Positions 19,750 through 28,833 of a stretch of 64,000 nucleotides of DNA are shown piece after piece (the first letter of the stretch is position 1; each line of letters begins with the position of its first letter). The translations under genes were made by a program, and so were the position numbers. The stretch spans positions 25,382 to 89,381 of IMG/VR virus record IMGVR_UViG_3300008113_000084, one strand, 5' to 3'. This DNA is from a virus. The notes under the pieces were generated by a model. That model had not been told where the DNA came from, made no database searches, and was given only the letters and a program-made list of their open reading frames with translations.

Positions 19750-21390
19750 TCAGTTTGGGTTCATGTCGTCAGCCGTGACGGATGGGACCCTGGCTGAGCG
19801 TGTCGCCCTCCTCTGTGGTGCTTCGTTAGTAACGGCAACGTTCCTAGCTTCTACGTGTTGTAAAGAATTGTTTACTATGCGGAACTCGTCGGTGAGGCGC
19901 AGACCCTGGCAGTAGGGAATGTACTCAAGAGACGGCATCTTCCTGGGTGGCTCGACGTCGCGTGCCTTCGACATGTTCATGTTGACGACAAGTTTGTCGT
20001 CGCTGTCCTTGGTGGGCTGCGACAGAGTGAAGCAGAACCAGCAGTTTTCGCCGAAGTCGGAAGCCTCGGACGAGTCTATGTGCGACAACAACGTGCCAGG
20101 CTTCTTGCTCAACGCAGCCTTGTTCATCTGCTGCAAAATCAAGGATGCGCAGTTAAACTTGTCAGCCACCTGCCGTCTGACGTAGTCGGGCAACCTGCCC
20201 AGGTGGTGTCGAATCTGCTCGGCGGAAATGCCGTTCAGGTCCATGTACCGCCTGGTGAAGGCCTTCGCATAGTCGAGTATGAACAGCGACACGCCCTTGC
20301 CGGACTCCTGGCAGTACGTGTCCGTCATCATCTCCAGGTCGGACACATAGCCCTTGCCGAGAACGTCAGACCCTTCGGTTGCCCCAGACAGATCGATGAT
20401 CTTCAAAAACTTATCGATCTTTTCTATAGCCTCTTCCAGCCGAACGGTCTCGGGAAGGGCTATGCCGTACTTGACTTGGTAGTCGTCTGGGTCGGTTGGA
20501 ACATAATCACGCAGTGGGTTGATGGAGTTGAAATGATCGCGAATGCGCCTAGCCGGAATCTTGGACAGGAACGACAGCACCCTAAACGATATTTCCTCGG
20601 GAGCGCCCTCGCAGTTTGCGAATACAACAATCTCAGACTCTTCTCCACGCAGGTGCTTGTTCCACTCTAGGCTGATACGGCAGGCAGCCGCCTGTGTGGC
20701 AACGGTGGTTTTACAGCCGCCGAACACGCCAAACAGACCGCTGACTGTCTTCCTGTGCAAACCGCCCTGGGTCAGCGCGTTCAGAAAATCCATGTGCTGG
20801 TCGAAGGACACATAGTTGTTCAGCCGCTGCCGTACTTGAGGAACAGAAGATATGGTGCTGCGATTCAACAACCGCTGAACTTCCAGCAGATTGCGACTGG
20901 CCGCCTCAAAGATATCGCCTGGGTTGGCTAACGACGCGTTAGAAGCGTTGAGCAAAGCGCTGCGCGTCGGCATGACTACGCGACGATCAATAATCAGTTC
21001 GCGCAGCAGCTGCGTTGCCACAAATTCTGTGGAACGCACTTCCTCTGGTGTCGAGATAGCCAGTAGCGAGTAGATGGCCAAGGTTTCTTCGCTGGCCACT
21101 TTCTCAGAAAAGCCTGAGTGGTTCTCCCTTGCCAGACTGGTCATCTCGGCTACCGCCAAGCCCTGCACGGGCAGTTCGTTGGTAGCGTCGAAGTGCGACA
21201 GTAGCATGCGTAGGAACGCTGCGTGAAATTCTTCGCCAGGGTTGTTGAGAATCTCAGGAAGAAATGAAGGCTTTACCTTGACGAACAGTACTTTGTTTCT
21301 GACCAGAACACCGAATATGACTATCAGATGTTCTGGTGTTATTGCCCTCTTTACAAGCGGCTGTCGATTGCCAGGTCTCTGGCCAAACAT
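19750..21390 (-). CDS. DnaB-like replicative helicase
   Basis: GVFGGCKTT, ANCEG, FILDYA, LQQMNK and SKAR; adjacent to the primase. Confidence 0.75.
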   Translation of the reverse strand: MFGQRPGNRQPLVKRAITPEHLIVIFGVLVRNKVLFVKVKPSFLPEILNNPGEEFHAAFLRMLLSHFDATNELPVQGLAVAEMTSLARENHSGFSEKVASEETLAIYSLLAISTPEEVRSTEFVATQLLRELIIDRRVVMPTRSALLNASNASLANPGDIFEAASRNLLEVQRLLNRSTISSVPQVRQRLNNYVSFDQHMDFLNALTQGGLHRKTVSGLFGVFGGCKTTVATQAAACRISLEWNKHLRGEESEIVVFANCEGAPEEISFRVLSFLSKIPARRIRDHFNSINPLRDYVPTDPDDYQVKYGIALPETVRLEEAIEKIDKFLKIIDLSGATEGSDVLGKGYVSDLEMMTDTYCQESGKGVSLFILDYAKAFTRRYMDLNGISAEQIRHHLGRLPDYVRRQVADKFNCASLILQQMNKAALSKKPGTLLSHIDSSEASDFGENCWFCFTLSQPTKDSDDKLVVNMNMSKARDVEPPRKMPSLEYIPYCQGLRLTDEFRIVNNSLQHVEARNVAVTNEAPQRRATRSARVPSVTADDMNPN

Positions 21391-21404
21391 AAAAACCTCC
21401 GTGA

Positions 21405-22088
21405 CTACACGGCAGAAAGCTCAGCCTCTTCAACAATGTCTTTGGGAATAATTTCTTTCCACAAAGAACTGTCGTAAGACCTTTTCTGCCTGAGATATTC
21501 GATGACAGCAGGCGACCTTGTTACCTGTGCTACAGCGTCTATTCCGTTGACGAGAGCAAGGTGGTGCCTAAACAACGCAGAAAAAGGCAGGGTTAAGTCA
21601 CGAACAATACTGTCGATGACTTTCTCTGGAGTCCAACCGTAACGTGATATGTAAACACTTCTGTTCTCCGCTTCTATCTCTAGGTTTTTAAAGTATTGGT
21701 ACAACTGTTGGTTTAGCGCGTCAACAGGTACCTCTTCTTTTCTACACAAATCCAGCGCAGCGCTGGACATGCAATCTGTCGGTTCTGGAGCGCGGGGGCC
21801 TCTAGTGTGTGTAAATCTTGTCTTGATCAGCTCTATGGGGTCCACGCCTGACTTAAAAGCAAACTGAGCTATCTTTGGCCATATAGGCTTATAGCTTTTA
21901 CCGTATTTGTCTTGCACTGGTCTTCTAGTAGAGCCAGGCCTGACATCGTCTGTTCCGTCCCATTTAGGTATAGGTGATAAACCATAGGAGCTAGGCCGAC
22001 CGCTCAGTCTCGACTCAAACTTTCTCCTTTCTGTAACGTATGTCTGCCGTATGCGCTGGTGCAGCTCTGTCTCTGCGTCTCTTTGCAT
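21405..22088 (-). CDS. hypothetical protein
   Basis: ORF between the two helicases; start MQRDAE. Confidence 0.7.
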   Translation of the reverse strand: MQRDAETELHQRIRQTYVTERRKFESRLSGRPSSYGLSPIPKWDGTDDVRPGSTRRPVQDKYGKSYKPIWPKIAQFAFKSGVDPIELIKTRFTHTRGPRAPEPTDCMSSAALDLCRKEEVPVDALNQQLYQYFKNLEIEAENRSVYISRYGWTPEKVIDSIVRDLTLPFSALFRHHLALVNGIDAVAQVTRSPAVIEYLRQKRSYDSSLWKEIIPKDIVEEAELSAV

Positions 22089-22089
22089 A

Positions 22090-23595
22090 TCACAGCTTAC
22101 CCCTTGTCCTGGCTGGAGGCTGCTCCCAGCCCTGTCGAACATACGTCCGTTTGCGCTCTTGGCTACGCCTGAAGAAACCGCTGTCGAAGTAGTCCATACA
22201 GTCTATGACCAAACCGTGATCTTTGCCAGAAGCGTCATGCCTACGAACAACACGGCCAGGAGCCTGTATGTCCATAATCTCACTGGCACGAGCGTCTGCT
22301 CGTATCAGTACTGACAGCTGAGGAAAGTCCACGCCTGTGGACCATACATCTGTAGCTATCACCTTCTTCAAGGTACCAGCTTCAAAATCCTTAGACATCT
22401 TGTCTCGAATCTGCGGTGTCATGGCAGGCTCGGTTAGCTTGTCGAGCATACCCTTCTTGACAAGCGCCTCGTACTGGTCGGTATCCATTTTGTCGTAGCA
22501 AAGTTTGAAGTCTGGCAGCTCTTGCTTGAGATAAACGGCATGCTCGAGCGTGCGCACCAAGATAAGCACCTGGTCGTCAGAGTCAAACTCGTTTGCCTTC
22601 TGGGCAATGAGGTTGTTCCTGAACTGGTTGCGCCAGATGCCCCAGCGCTCCTTGGCGGTGTCCTTCTTGAACTCGCATGGATTAACCGGCATGCGCACGT
22701 CAATCCACTCAACCTGAACAGGCAAAACCAGTCCGTGCTGTACAGCCTCCTGGTAAGTCATCTCAAAGATGCGTGGGCCGAACAGGCCTTCCAGTCGGTG
22801 GTGAGCACCGTCGAATCGACCCTCTGGTGTTGCCGTAAACCCGAACATGCGAACATGCTGGTACTTGGCTAGCTCGACGGAATAAGACGGGGCCGCTGCT
22901 TCATGCACCTCGTCGTATAGGACGATGTCAGCGCACTCGCCTGGCGTGTGGTCAACCAGATGCAGCGAGTCAGCCGTGATAACGGTAACCCGACCCCACC
23001 GACGCTGACCGCCGCCGACTTGACCGACGTCAGGAATGAACTTGACCAGATGGCGCAGCAATCGCTGCATAACATCTTTGCGCTTGGTGATGACGTGGAT
23101 ACGGGCGTTGGGATGCATCATGCAGATAGCGCCGAACAGGAACGACTTGCCGAAGCCTGTCGGTGCGACAATGATGCCTCCCTCGCTAACGGATATGGCA
23201 GCTATACACTCGTCCTGTTTGGCCTTCAAGTCCATCCGCGCGAAAACACGATTAAAGTCTGTGTGAAAGCGCTCAGGGTTTGGCAAAGGTGGAGGGTAGT
23301 CCACAATCTCAACTGGCGCGCCGAATTCCTGACACAATCCGTAAACCCTGTGGCTGAAGCCTTTGGGAAAAATTAGACGGCCTGTCTCGTCGTAGGCGAA
23401 GAGCTTTACTTCCTCGGATTGAAAGGGGGCGTATCCGCCTCGCTGATAGGCGTCCTGTCCGCGCAACTGGGATACGTGGGTGTAGGTCAGCTGGCTTTCA
23501 ATCTTCTTGATCATGCCAAAAGGCGGTTCACCACTGACTACTTCCAGCTCCGCCAGGTTGCCTTTTCTGTGCAGTCTGAAACGTGAAGACGACAT
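22090..23595 (-). CDS. superfamily 2 helicase (UvsW-like)
   Basis: APTGFGKS, DEVH, TATP, TGVDFP and QAPGRVVR. Confidence 0.92.
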   Translation of the reverse strand: MSSSRFRLHRKGNLAELEVVSGEPPFGMIKKIESQLTYTHVSQLRGQDAYQRGGYAPFQSEEVKLFAYDETGRLIFPKGFSHRVYGLCQEFGAPVEIVDYPPPLPNPERFHTDFNRVFARMDLKAKQDECIAAISVSEGGIIVAPTGFGKSFLFGAICMMHPNARIHVITKRKDVMQRLLRHLVKFIPDVGQVGGGQRRWGRVTVITADSLHLVDHTPGECADIVLYDEVHEAAAPSYSVELAKYQHVRMFGFTATPEGRFDGAHHRLEGLFGPRIFEMTYQEAVQHGLVLPVQVEWIDVRMPVNPCEFKKDTAKERWGIWRNQFRNNLIAQKANEFDSDDQVLILVRTLEHAVYLKQELPDFKLCYDKMDTDQYEALVKKGMLDKLTEPAMTPQIRDKMSKDFEAGTLKKVIATDVWSTGVDFPQLSVLIRADARASEIMDIQAPGRVVRRHDASGKDHGLVIDCMDYFDSGFFRRSQERKRTYVRQGWEQPPARTRGKL

Positions 23596-23620
23596 GTTGA
23601 CTCCGTGGACAAAAAGACAT

Positions 23621-23648
23621 CTATGTCGGCAGGGGTGTGCCGACATAG
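23621..23648 (-). terminator. 11-bp hairpin 3' of the IS110-like gene
   Basis: CTATGTCGGCA-GGGGTG-TGCCGACATAG, followed on the - strand by ATGTCTTTTTG. Confidence 0.55.
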
Positions 23649-23676
23649 GAGAGTATGCGCCTGTAAGAAAAACAGT

Positions 23677-24678
23677 CTAGGTTTTCTTACAGAAAGTTTC
23701 CCTAAACCGAACTACTTCTTCAGGGCTGGCGAAGAAGTGCTCTGGAACGAACAGGGACTCGTTCCAGGGATTGGGCATAGGGTACAGCAAGTTTAGCCAG
23801 CAGCCGTGTAGATACGATAGGAATTTCTGGCACGTGGCAAGAACAGCCTCGTCAAAATATTCTTTACGCTCTAGAGGGCTGCCGCTGATAAAAGACGACG
23901 CGACGTTAAAATAAGTGCCTAGCAGGAAATCCGTCTTGCCTGAGTCAGGCGTGATTAACATGGCGTCCCAGTTCTTGTAGGCCTGCCAGGAGCTGACCAC
24001 AAAACCTCGGCGCTGTGCCTTGGTGATAACGCCATCGTGGCCCTGCTCTTCGGACAGCCCGTGCTTGAGCTTGTTGACACCCATGTAGTCGTAATACTTC
24101 GACAGCTTGTTGGGGAAGAAAGTGTCAACAAACCAGCGAGGATCAATAGTCTGAGCGACGACCAGCATGCACGCATGATCGTTGACGCCTGGGACAAAAC
24201 GCAGGTATTTAGCCAGAGGAAGCTGCTCGTACAGGGCCATCAAAACATCCAGGTTAGCCGACACTGAACCAGGCTCAGCCAGGATGTGCGACATCGTGTA
24301 CACGATGTGATCGTCTTTGGTAACGCTGTGAAAGCCACCCAGAGTCGATGGATACTTCCAGCGACGCATGTTGAGCAAAACTTTTTCTGGGCAATATTCA
24401 TCGAGATTGATCAGCTCGACTTGAGGGCTGCAAACCTGTACGTCTTTCAGCTCTCCCTTAACTTTGGCTTCATACAAAGCCGTTATCATCCTGGCATTTC
24501 TGCTGTCACCAACCAACCGAACAGTCAGTTTCTTGTTTAGAAAAGAAGGGCTGTCGCAGTAGTCCTCGTAGAGTATGTTGGACGGCCTTGGTGTGCCGTT
24601 ACCTGAGATATACCACACTTCATCGTCGAGAGAGTTGTACAACTTGAGTGTGGTTGTTTCATCGGTAAGGACACCCAT
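23677..24678 (-). CDS. IS110/Nop-fold-like protein, apparently catalytically inactive
   Basis: LRFVPGVNDHACMLVVAQTIDPRWF..KLSKYYDYMGV resembles the Transposase_20 HhH region; VQVCSP resembles the IS110 VxVVNP motif; no DEDD residues or catalytic SG seen. Confidence 0.5.
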   Translation of the reverse strand: MGVLTDETTTLKLYNSLDDEVWYISGNGTPRPSNILYEDYCDSPSFLNKKLTVRLVGDSRNARMITALYEAKVKGELKDVQVCSPQVELINLDEYCPEKVLLNMRRWKYPSTLGGFHSVTKDDHIVYTMSHILAEPGSVSANLDVLMALYEQLPLAKYLRFVPGVNDHACMLVVAQTIDPRWFVDTFFPNKLSKYYDYMGVNKLKHGLSEEQGHDGVITKAQRRGFVVSSWQAYKNWDAMLITPDSGKTDFLLGTYFNVASSFISGSPLERKEYFDEAVLATCQKFLSYLHGCWLNLLYPMPNPWNESLFVPEHFFASPEEVVRFRETFCKKT

Positions 24679-24693
24679 GGTGCCTCCTCAGAC

Positions 24694-26820
24694 CTAATGC
24701 AGGTCTATTGTATGGTCGAATAAGTGTCCAATGTTCTTCTCGTGAGTTACCACGAGAATCTGCACACCGTTAGAGGCTGAAAATTGTTTTAATCGGTCAA
24801 AGGCTTTCTCCAACGCGCCCAGGTTAGCCTCGTCCAAACCCACCGTGGGCTCGTCAAGGCAAAGTAAACCCAAGTTAGCAGCGAAAGTGGAATTAACAGC
24901 CAACCTGTAGGCGATGGTCAGGATAACCTTTTGACCGCCCGACAACCTGGCTGCTGGTACTTTCTTAGACCCAAAATTCGCTGTGAATGATAGGTCTTGC
25001 TCTAACTCTATATTAAACGGAACGCCAATCTGAGCCAATGTGTTATTTAGCTCTGTGACAACCTTAGCCATGTACTTGTACGACAGCACCATAGGAAGCG
25101 CGTTGTACTTGAATACCTTTTTAAGGTTGTCAATGCGCTCGTTCCAAGAGTCGTGCAGCGCTGCGAGGCTGAGCTGGTTGCGCGCCGCTTCTATCTTTTG
25201 ATTGCAATTTTTGACCTCAGCTTCAGACAGGGCAATGTCCGTCTTCAGCTTCTGGATGCGCGACTTGGTGATTTTCAGCTCGGAAATCACGGTGTTTGCC
25301 GAGTTGACGCTGCTCTCGTCCAGGTCGGAGTAGCCCTTCAGCTCATCCAATTCCTTCTGCATTTCAGCTGTCTGGTGGTCCAGAGAGGTGCCAAGCCTGC
25401 CGCCCAAGACATCCAGGGCGTTGATTTTGTTACCAGTGGCGACGAACGAATCTTTCAGGATTTTCTTCTTTTCCAGTATTCCCTTGGCCTCGTCCCTGGA
25501 GACGGAGGGTTGGGCCACCTCAACCAGATCGGCCAGAGTTTTGTTGGCTGTCTCCAGTCGCTTGACGAAGTTGGTCTTCCAAGCCAGGTGCAGCACCTTC
25601 TTCTTGTCAAATGCCGCCGTGCTGGCGATCTGCTCCGTCAAGGCCGTGATGCTGTCGGACAGAGCCAGCAGCTCCTCCTTGGCCTCAAGCCACTTGTCCT
25701 TCAGGTTGCTGGCTGGAGTACCGCAGGTGGGACAGCTGGCTGACTCGTCCTCTGGGTTGATGGACGAGATGAACTGGTTGTGTTGGCGCTGCTTGAACTT
25801 CAAGCTGTCCAGAGTCAGGGTCACGGACTCCAAGTCCGTCAGGTAGTCGTAGGGTTGCTGGGGTTCTGGATTCAGCAGCTTCTCGGCCTCCAGGATGTTC
25901 AGGGCCTTCTGGGCCTGCTGCTGCTGGTGGAGGTAGCTGTCGTACTTGATCCACAGCGCCTCGACTTTCAAAGCCTCCTCAGCTGACGGCTCGATCTGGT
26001 CTATGGCGTCATGCAAAGCCAGCAGCTCATCGGTGAGCTCCTGGGTCTTGGCATCGTGCTCCGTCTTATCCTGCTCCAGCTTTTTGATCGCCTCCAGTCG
26101 GCTGGCTACAGAGTTCTCCAGCTTTACCTTTCTTGCCCACAGGCTGACGATGTTGCTGTACTGCAAAATTTCAGAGTCGAGATCGGTCTCGGAAGGCAGT
26201 GCTTCCAGGGCAGTCGTGAGGTCCTTGACAGCCTGCACCGCCTTGCTGAAATTGTCGTTAAGCTCCTGGAGGTTCTGCGAGGCGATGCCGACGGTGGACA
26301 GCTTGAGGCTGCCGTCAGACAGGTTGTCGCCAATCTTGTTCAGCTGCTCAATCTTGAACAGCTTCTGGAAAGCCGAGATTCGCTTCGCTGCCGACAGCGC
26401 CAGAGGACCAAAGTTGTCCCACTGCTCGACGAAAACGTATTGCCCGAGAATCTCCTTGTCTACCTCCAGGATGTGCAGCAGCTTCTCCAACACTTCCTTG
26501 TCCGAGGTGTATATCTTGTCGTTGACAAACAGCTGGCGGTCCACGGGCTCCAGCCGACGTAGCAGCCGCAGGTCCTGGCTGTTGTGTGAGAAGTGCAGGT
26601 CCACACTGCACTCTCCGCCGTCGGTGTTCAAGGAGATGTTCTCGGCTGCCTTGCCCGCATTCCTGCCGAAGTCGCCAGTCAAAGCGCCGTAGACGGCGTT
26701 TAGGATGTTTGACTTTCCCGAACCGTTAGGACCGACGATGACGTTCAGACCCTTCTGGAACTCGACGGTCCTGCTGATGTGCTGGCAGAAGTTGCGCAGT
26801 TTTACCTTCTTAAGAAACAT
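24694..26820 (-). CDS. sbcC: SbcC/Rad50 SMC-like ATPase
   Basis: GPNGSGKS, CPTCG zinc hook, LSGGQ, LDEPT and VTH. Confidence 0.93.
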   Translation of the reverse strand: MFLKKVKLRNFCQHISRTVEFQKGLNVIVGPNGSGKSNILNAVYGALTGDFGRNAGKAAENISLNTDGGECSVDLHFSHNSQDLRLLRRLEPVDRQLFVNDKIYTSDKEVLEKLLHILEVDKEILGQYVFVEQWDNFGPLALSAAKRISAFQKLFKIEQLNKIGDNLSDGSLKLSTVGIASQNLQELNDNFSKAVQAVKDLTTALEALPSETDLDSEILQYSNIVSLWARKVKLENSVASRLEAIKKLEQDKTEHDAKTQELTDELLALHDAIDQIEPSAEEALKVEALWIKYDSYLHQQQQAQKALNILEAEKLLNPEPQQPYDYLTDLESVTLTLDSLKFKQRQHNQFISSINPEDESASCPTCGTPASNLKDKWLEAKEELLALSDSITALTEQIASTAAFDKKKVLHLAWKTNFVKRLETANKTLADLVEVAQPSVSRDEAKGILEKKKILKDSFVATGNKINALDVLGGRLGTSLDHQTAEMQKELDELKGYSDLDESSVNSANTVISELKITKSRIQKLKTDIALSEAEVKNCNQKIEAARNQLSLAALHDSWNERIDNLKKVFKYNALPMVLSYKYMAKVVTELNNTLAQIGVPFNIELEQDLSFTANFGSKKVPAARLSGGQKVILTIAYRLAVNSTFAANLGLLCLDEPTVGLDEANLGALEKAFDRLKQFSASNGVQILVVTHEKNIGHLFDHTIDLH

Positions 26821-27946
26821 TGGCTACTCCCTGTAAATGCTCGTTGCGCATCTCTAACAGCTCCTGCTCGACATTTCCTGAATTGAAGATGCGCACGGCA
26901 TCCTTGTGGGCGACAGTGCTTTCGGAGAACCCTGTCTGTTCCACGCATTCAGATATGTCAACAAGCTCTTGTATGTGTTTACGTTCCACAGCTGCCGTGA
27001 CTTCACTTGAGTTGAAGTCAGTCGGAATGATTTCGTAATTCCAGTTGCGGAACTTGTCACACAGCAAGTCGTAAGCGTTAGGAATGTTGTTTTGATATCG
27101 CACACATACCAGCGGAGTGGCTATGTGTTCTGGCAAATCCCTGTGCGGCCATTCGATCAGTAAGTCCTCGTTAGTCAGGTTCATCAGTATGTCAAAATGC
27201 TTTTCAGACTTGAGCTCAAATAGAGCGAATGGCCTAGTCTTAAGACGATACTGAGTCCAACTAAGATCACTGTTCAAAATGAATATGAACTTGTGAGGAG
27301 GCTCATTAGTCGCCTGCATATTAATGGAGCCAGAAGACAAACACTCTGTGCCGTCTATGCGCAGAATCTCAGTCTTGTGGTAATCGCCAGTGTAGATAAC
27401 CTTGGCGAAAGCGGCGTTTTTGAACATAAAGTTCTCGTCGCTTTTCTTTATAAAGTCAGCCCATACCTGGTGCGTCACGTATAGGTCAAAGCGGTCCTTG
27501 CCTGCATAAGAGTGCATGACGCGACACTGATCGGCAAAGCGGTTGCCTGAGAACTCGATGTCTTGACCGACGACACGAAGACCCTGTATCTCAAACTCCT
27601 TGAACGGCTGGGAAGTCTTGAAGCTGTCAATATGGACGGCGTTGGAGCACAAGCTCATCCACGGAACTTCTGACAGCTCATGCTGGCCTTGCACGTAGAA
27701 AACAGGAATGCCGACGCGCTCCAACCGTTTCATCTGCTCAAAGCAGAATACGACAGACTCACTGGGCGGCTGTTTGATGTCGAAAAGATCGCCAGCAGCA
27801 ATTAGAGGAACATCCAGCTTTATGCAAAGATCAACGATCTGTTGCAGAGAGTAATAAGAATCCCTGTGAACATTTGGATGTTTCTTCCAAGAAAAAGGAC
27901 TCAGATGCCAATCGGACGTCAGCACCAGCAGGGGTTTTACAGCCAT
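26810..27946 (-). CDS. sbcD: SbcD/Mre11 metallophosphoesterase nuclease
   Basis: SDWH, AGDLFD, GQHE, THQ and GDYH; start MAVKP with AGGAG SD. Confidence 0.9.
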   Translation of the reverse strand: MAVKPLLVLTSDWHLSPFSWKKHPNVHRDSYYSLQQIVDLCIKLDVPLIAAGDLFDIKQPPSESVVFCFEQMKRLERVGIPVFYVQGQHELSEVPWMSLCSNAVHIDSFKTSQPFKEFEIQGLRVVGQDIEFSGNRFADQCRVMHSYAGKDRFDLYVTHQVWADFIKKSDENFMFKNAAFAKVIYTGDYHKTEILRIDGTECLSSGSINMQATNEPPHKFIFILNSDLSWTQYRLKTRPFALFELKSEKHFDILMNLTNEDLLIEWPHRDLPEHIATPLVCVRYQNNIPNAYDLLCDKFRNWNYEIIPTDFNSSEVTAAVERKHIQELVDISECVEQTGFSESTVAHKDAVRIFNSGNVEQELLEMRNEHLQGVANVS

Positions 27947-28021
27947 AAATCTTTCTCCTGGGTTGAAGTGCTGATGCGGGTCTATACAATGTCCCAAGAG
28001 GCACGTTGAAAGGAGTTCAAA

Positions 28022-28201
28022 ATGCTCGTTGTGACGCGGAGACCTAAAGAGATTATCAGAATAAATGAGAACATAGTTGTAGAGGTTTTAATCATCAACA
28101 ATGGAAGTGTCAAGATAGGCATACAGGCTCCAAAAGATATACCGGTGATGCGTGGTGAATTAAGAGGTTCGTGCAGAAAGACTAGAAAGGATAGCGAATA
28201 A
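28022..28201 (+). CDS. csrA: carbon storage regulator CsrA (59 aa, missed by the ORF track)
   Basis: MLVVTRRPKEIIRINENIVVEVLIINNGSVKIGIQAPKDIPVMRGEL; AAGGAG SD; stop overlaps the next ATG. Confidence 0.92.
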   Translation: MLVVTRRPKEIIRINENIVVEVLIINNGSVKIGIQAPKDIPVMRGELRGSCRKTRKDSE

Positions 28202-28833
28202 TGTCAATCAAGTGCGCTGTTGTCGTGAGTCATCCTGCTGGCGGCGGCAGTCTTATCGCTAAGACGCTTATGGCCATGGGCTTCAAAACTCCAGGCATTC
28301 CGTCAGACGAAACCAACGACTGGAACCTGGTGGCTGTCAATCAGATCATGTGCGACAGAGCGCACAAACCAAAGATATCCCTAGGCATGGCCAAGCACGC
28401 CATGGAGCCTATGACGGGATACATCGACGACAAGATCAAAGAGGGCCAAAACTGGATCATGCACGATCCAATGCTGTGCATGACATTTTTCGAGTTCGCG
28501 CAGCTGCTGAAGGAAAAGGGAGTAGACTACAAAATAATAATAGCCCTGCGTAAGCCCCACTACAGCGCGCTGGAAATTGTCAGGTCAGACAAAGAATGGA
28601 CGCTTGAAGAAGCCTCCAGCCTGTTGGGAAAATACATCGTAGCCAGGTCTCTAAACACAGACCGCTTCTATCTGGAGAACAAAGAAGACGTGTCGCGTGT
28701 GCTGCATCTGGACGTCAACAGTCTGCTGGACGACACAGACAAGGCAGTAGAGCTGTTGGCTACAGAAATTGGCGTCGAGCTGACTGACGAGGCTAAGGAA
28801 GCAATTGGAAAGCTGCTCAAGCCTGCGTCTTGA
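28201..28833 (+). CDS. sulfotransferase-fold protein (degenerate)
   Basis: VVSHPAGGGSLIAKTL (cf. GMHRSGTS), WIMHDP (cf. WKDP) and IALRKP. Confidence 0.5.
   Translation: MSIKCAVVVSHPAGGGSLIAKTLMAMGFKTPGIPSDETNDWNLVAVNQIMCDRAHKPKISLGMAKHAMEPMTGYIDDKIKEGQNWIMHDPMLCMTFFEFAQLLKEKGVDYKIIIALRKPHYSALEIVRSDKEWTLEEASSLLGKYIVARSLNTDRFYLENKEDVSRVLHLDVNSLLDDTDKAVELLATEIGVELTDEAKEAIGKLLKPAS

Noticed and set aside
23677-24678. Active IS110 insertion sequence
   Set aside because: Catalytic residues are not evident, flanking non-coding space is too short (15 and ~80 bp) for IS ends or a bridge RNA, and the gene is integrated in the operon
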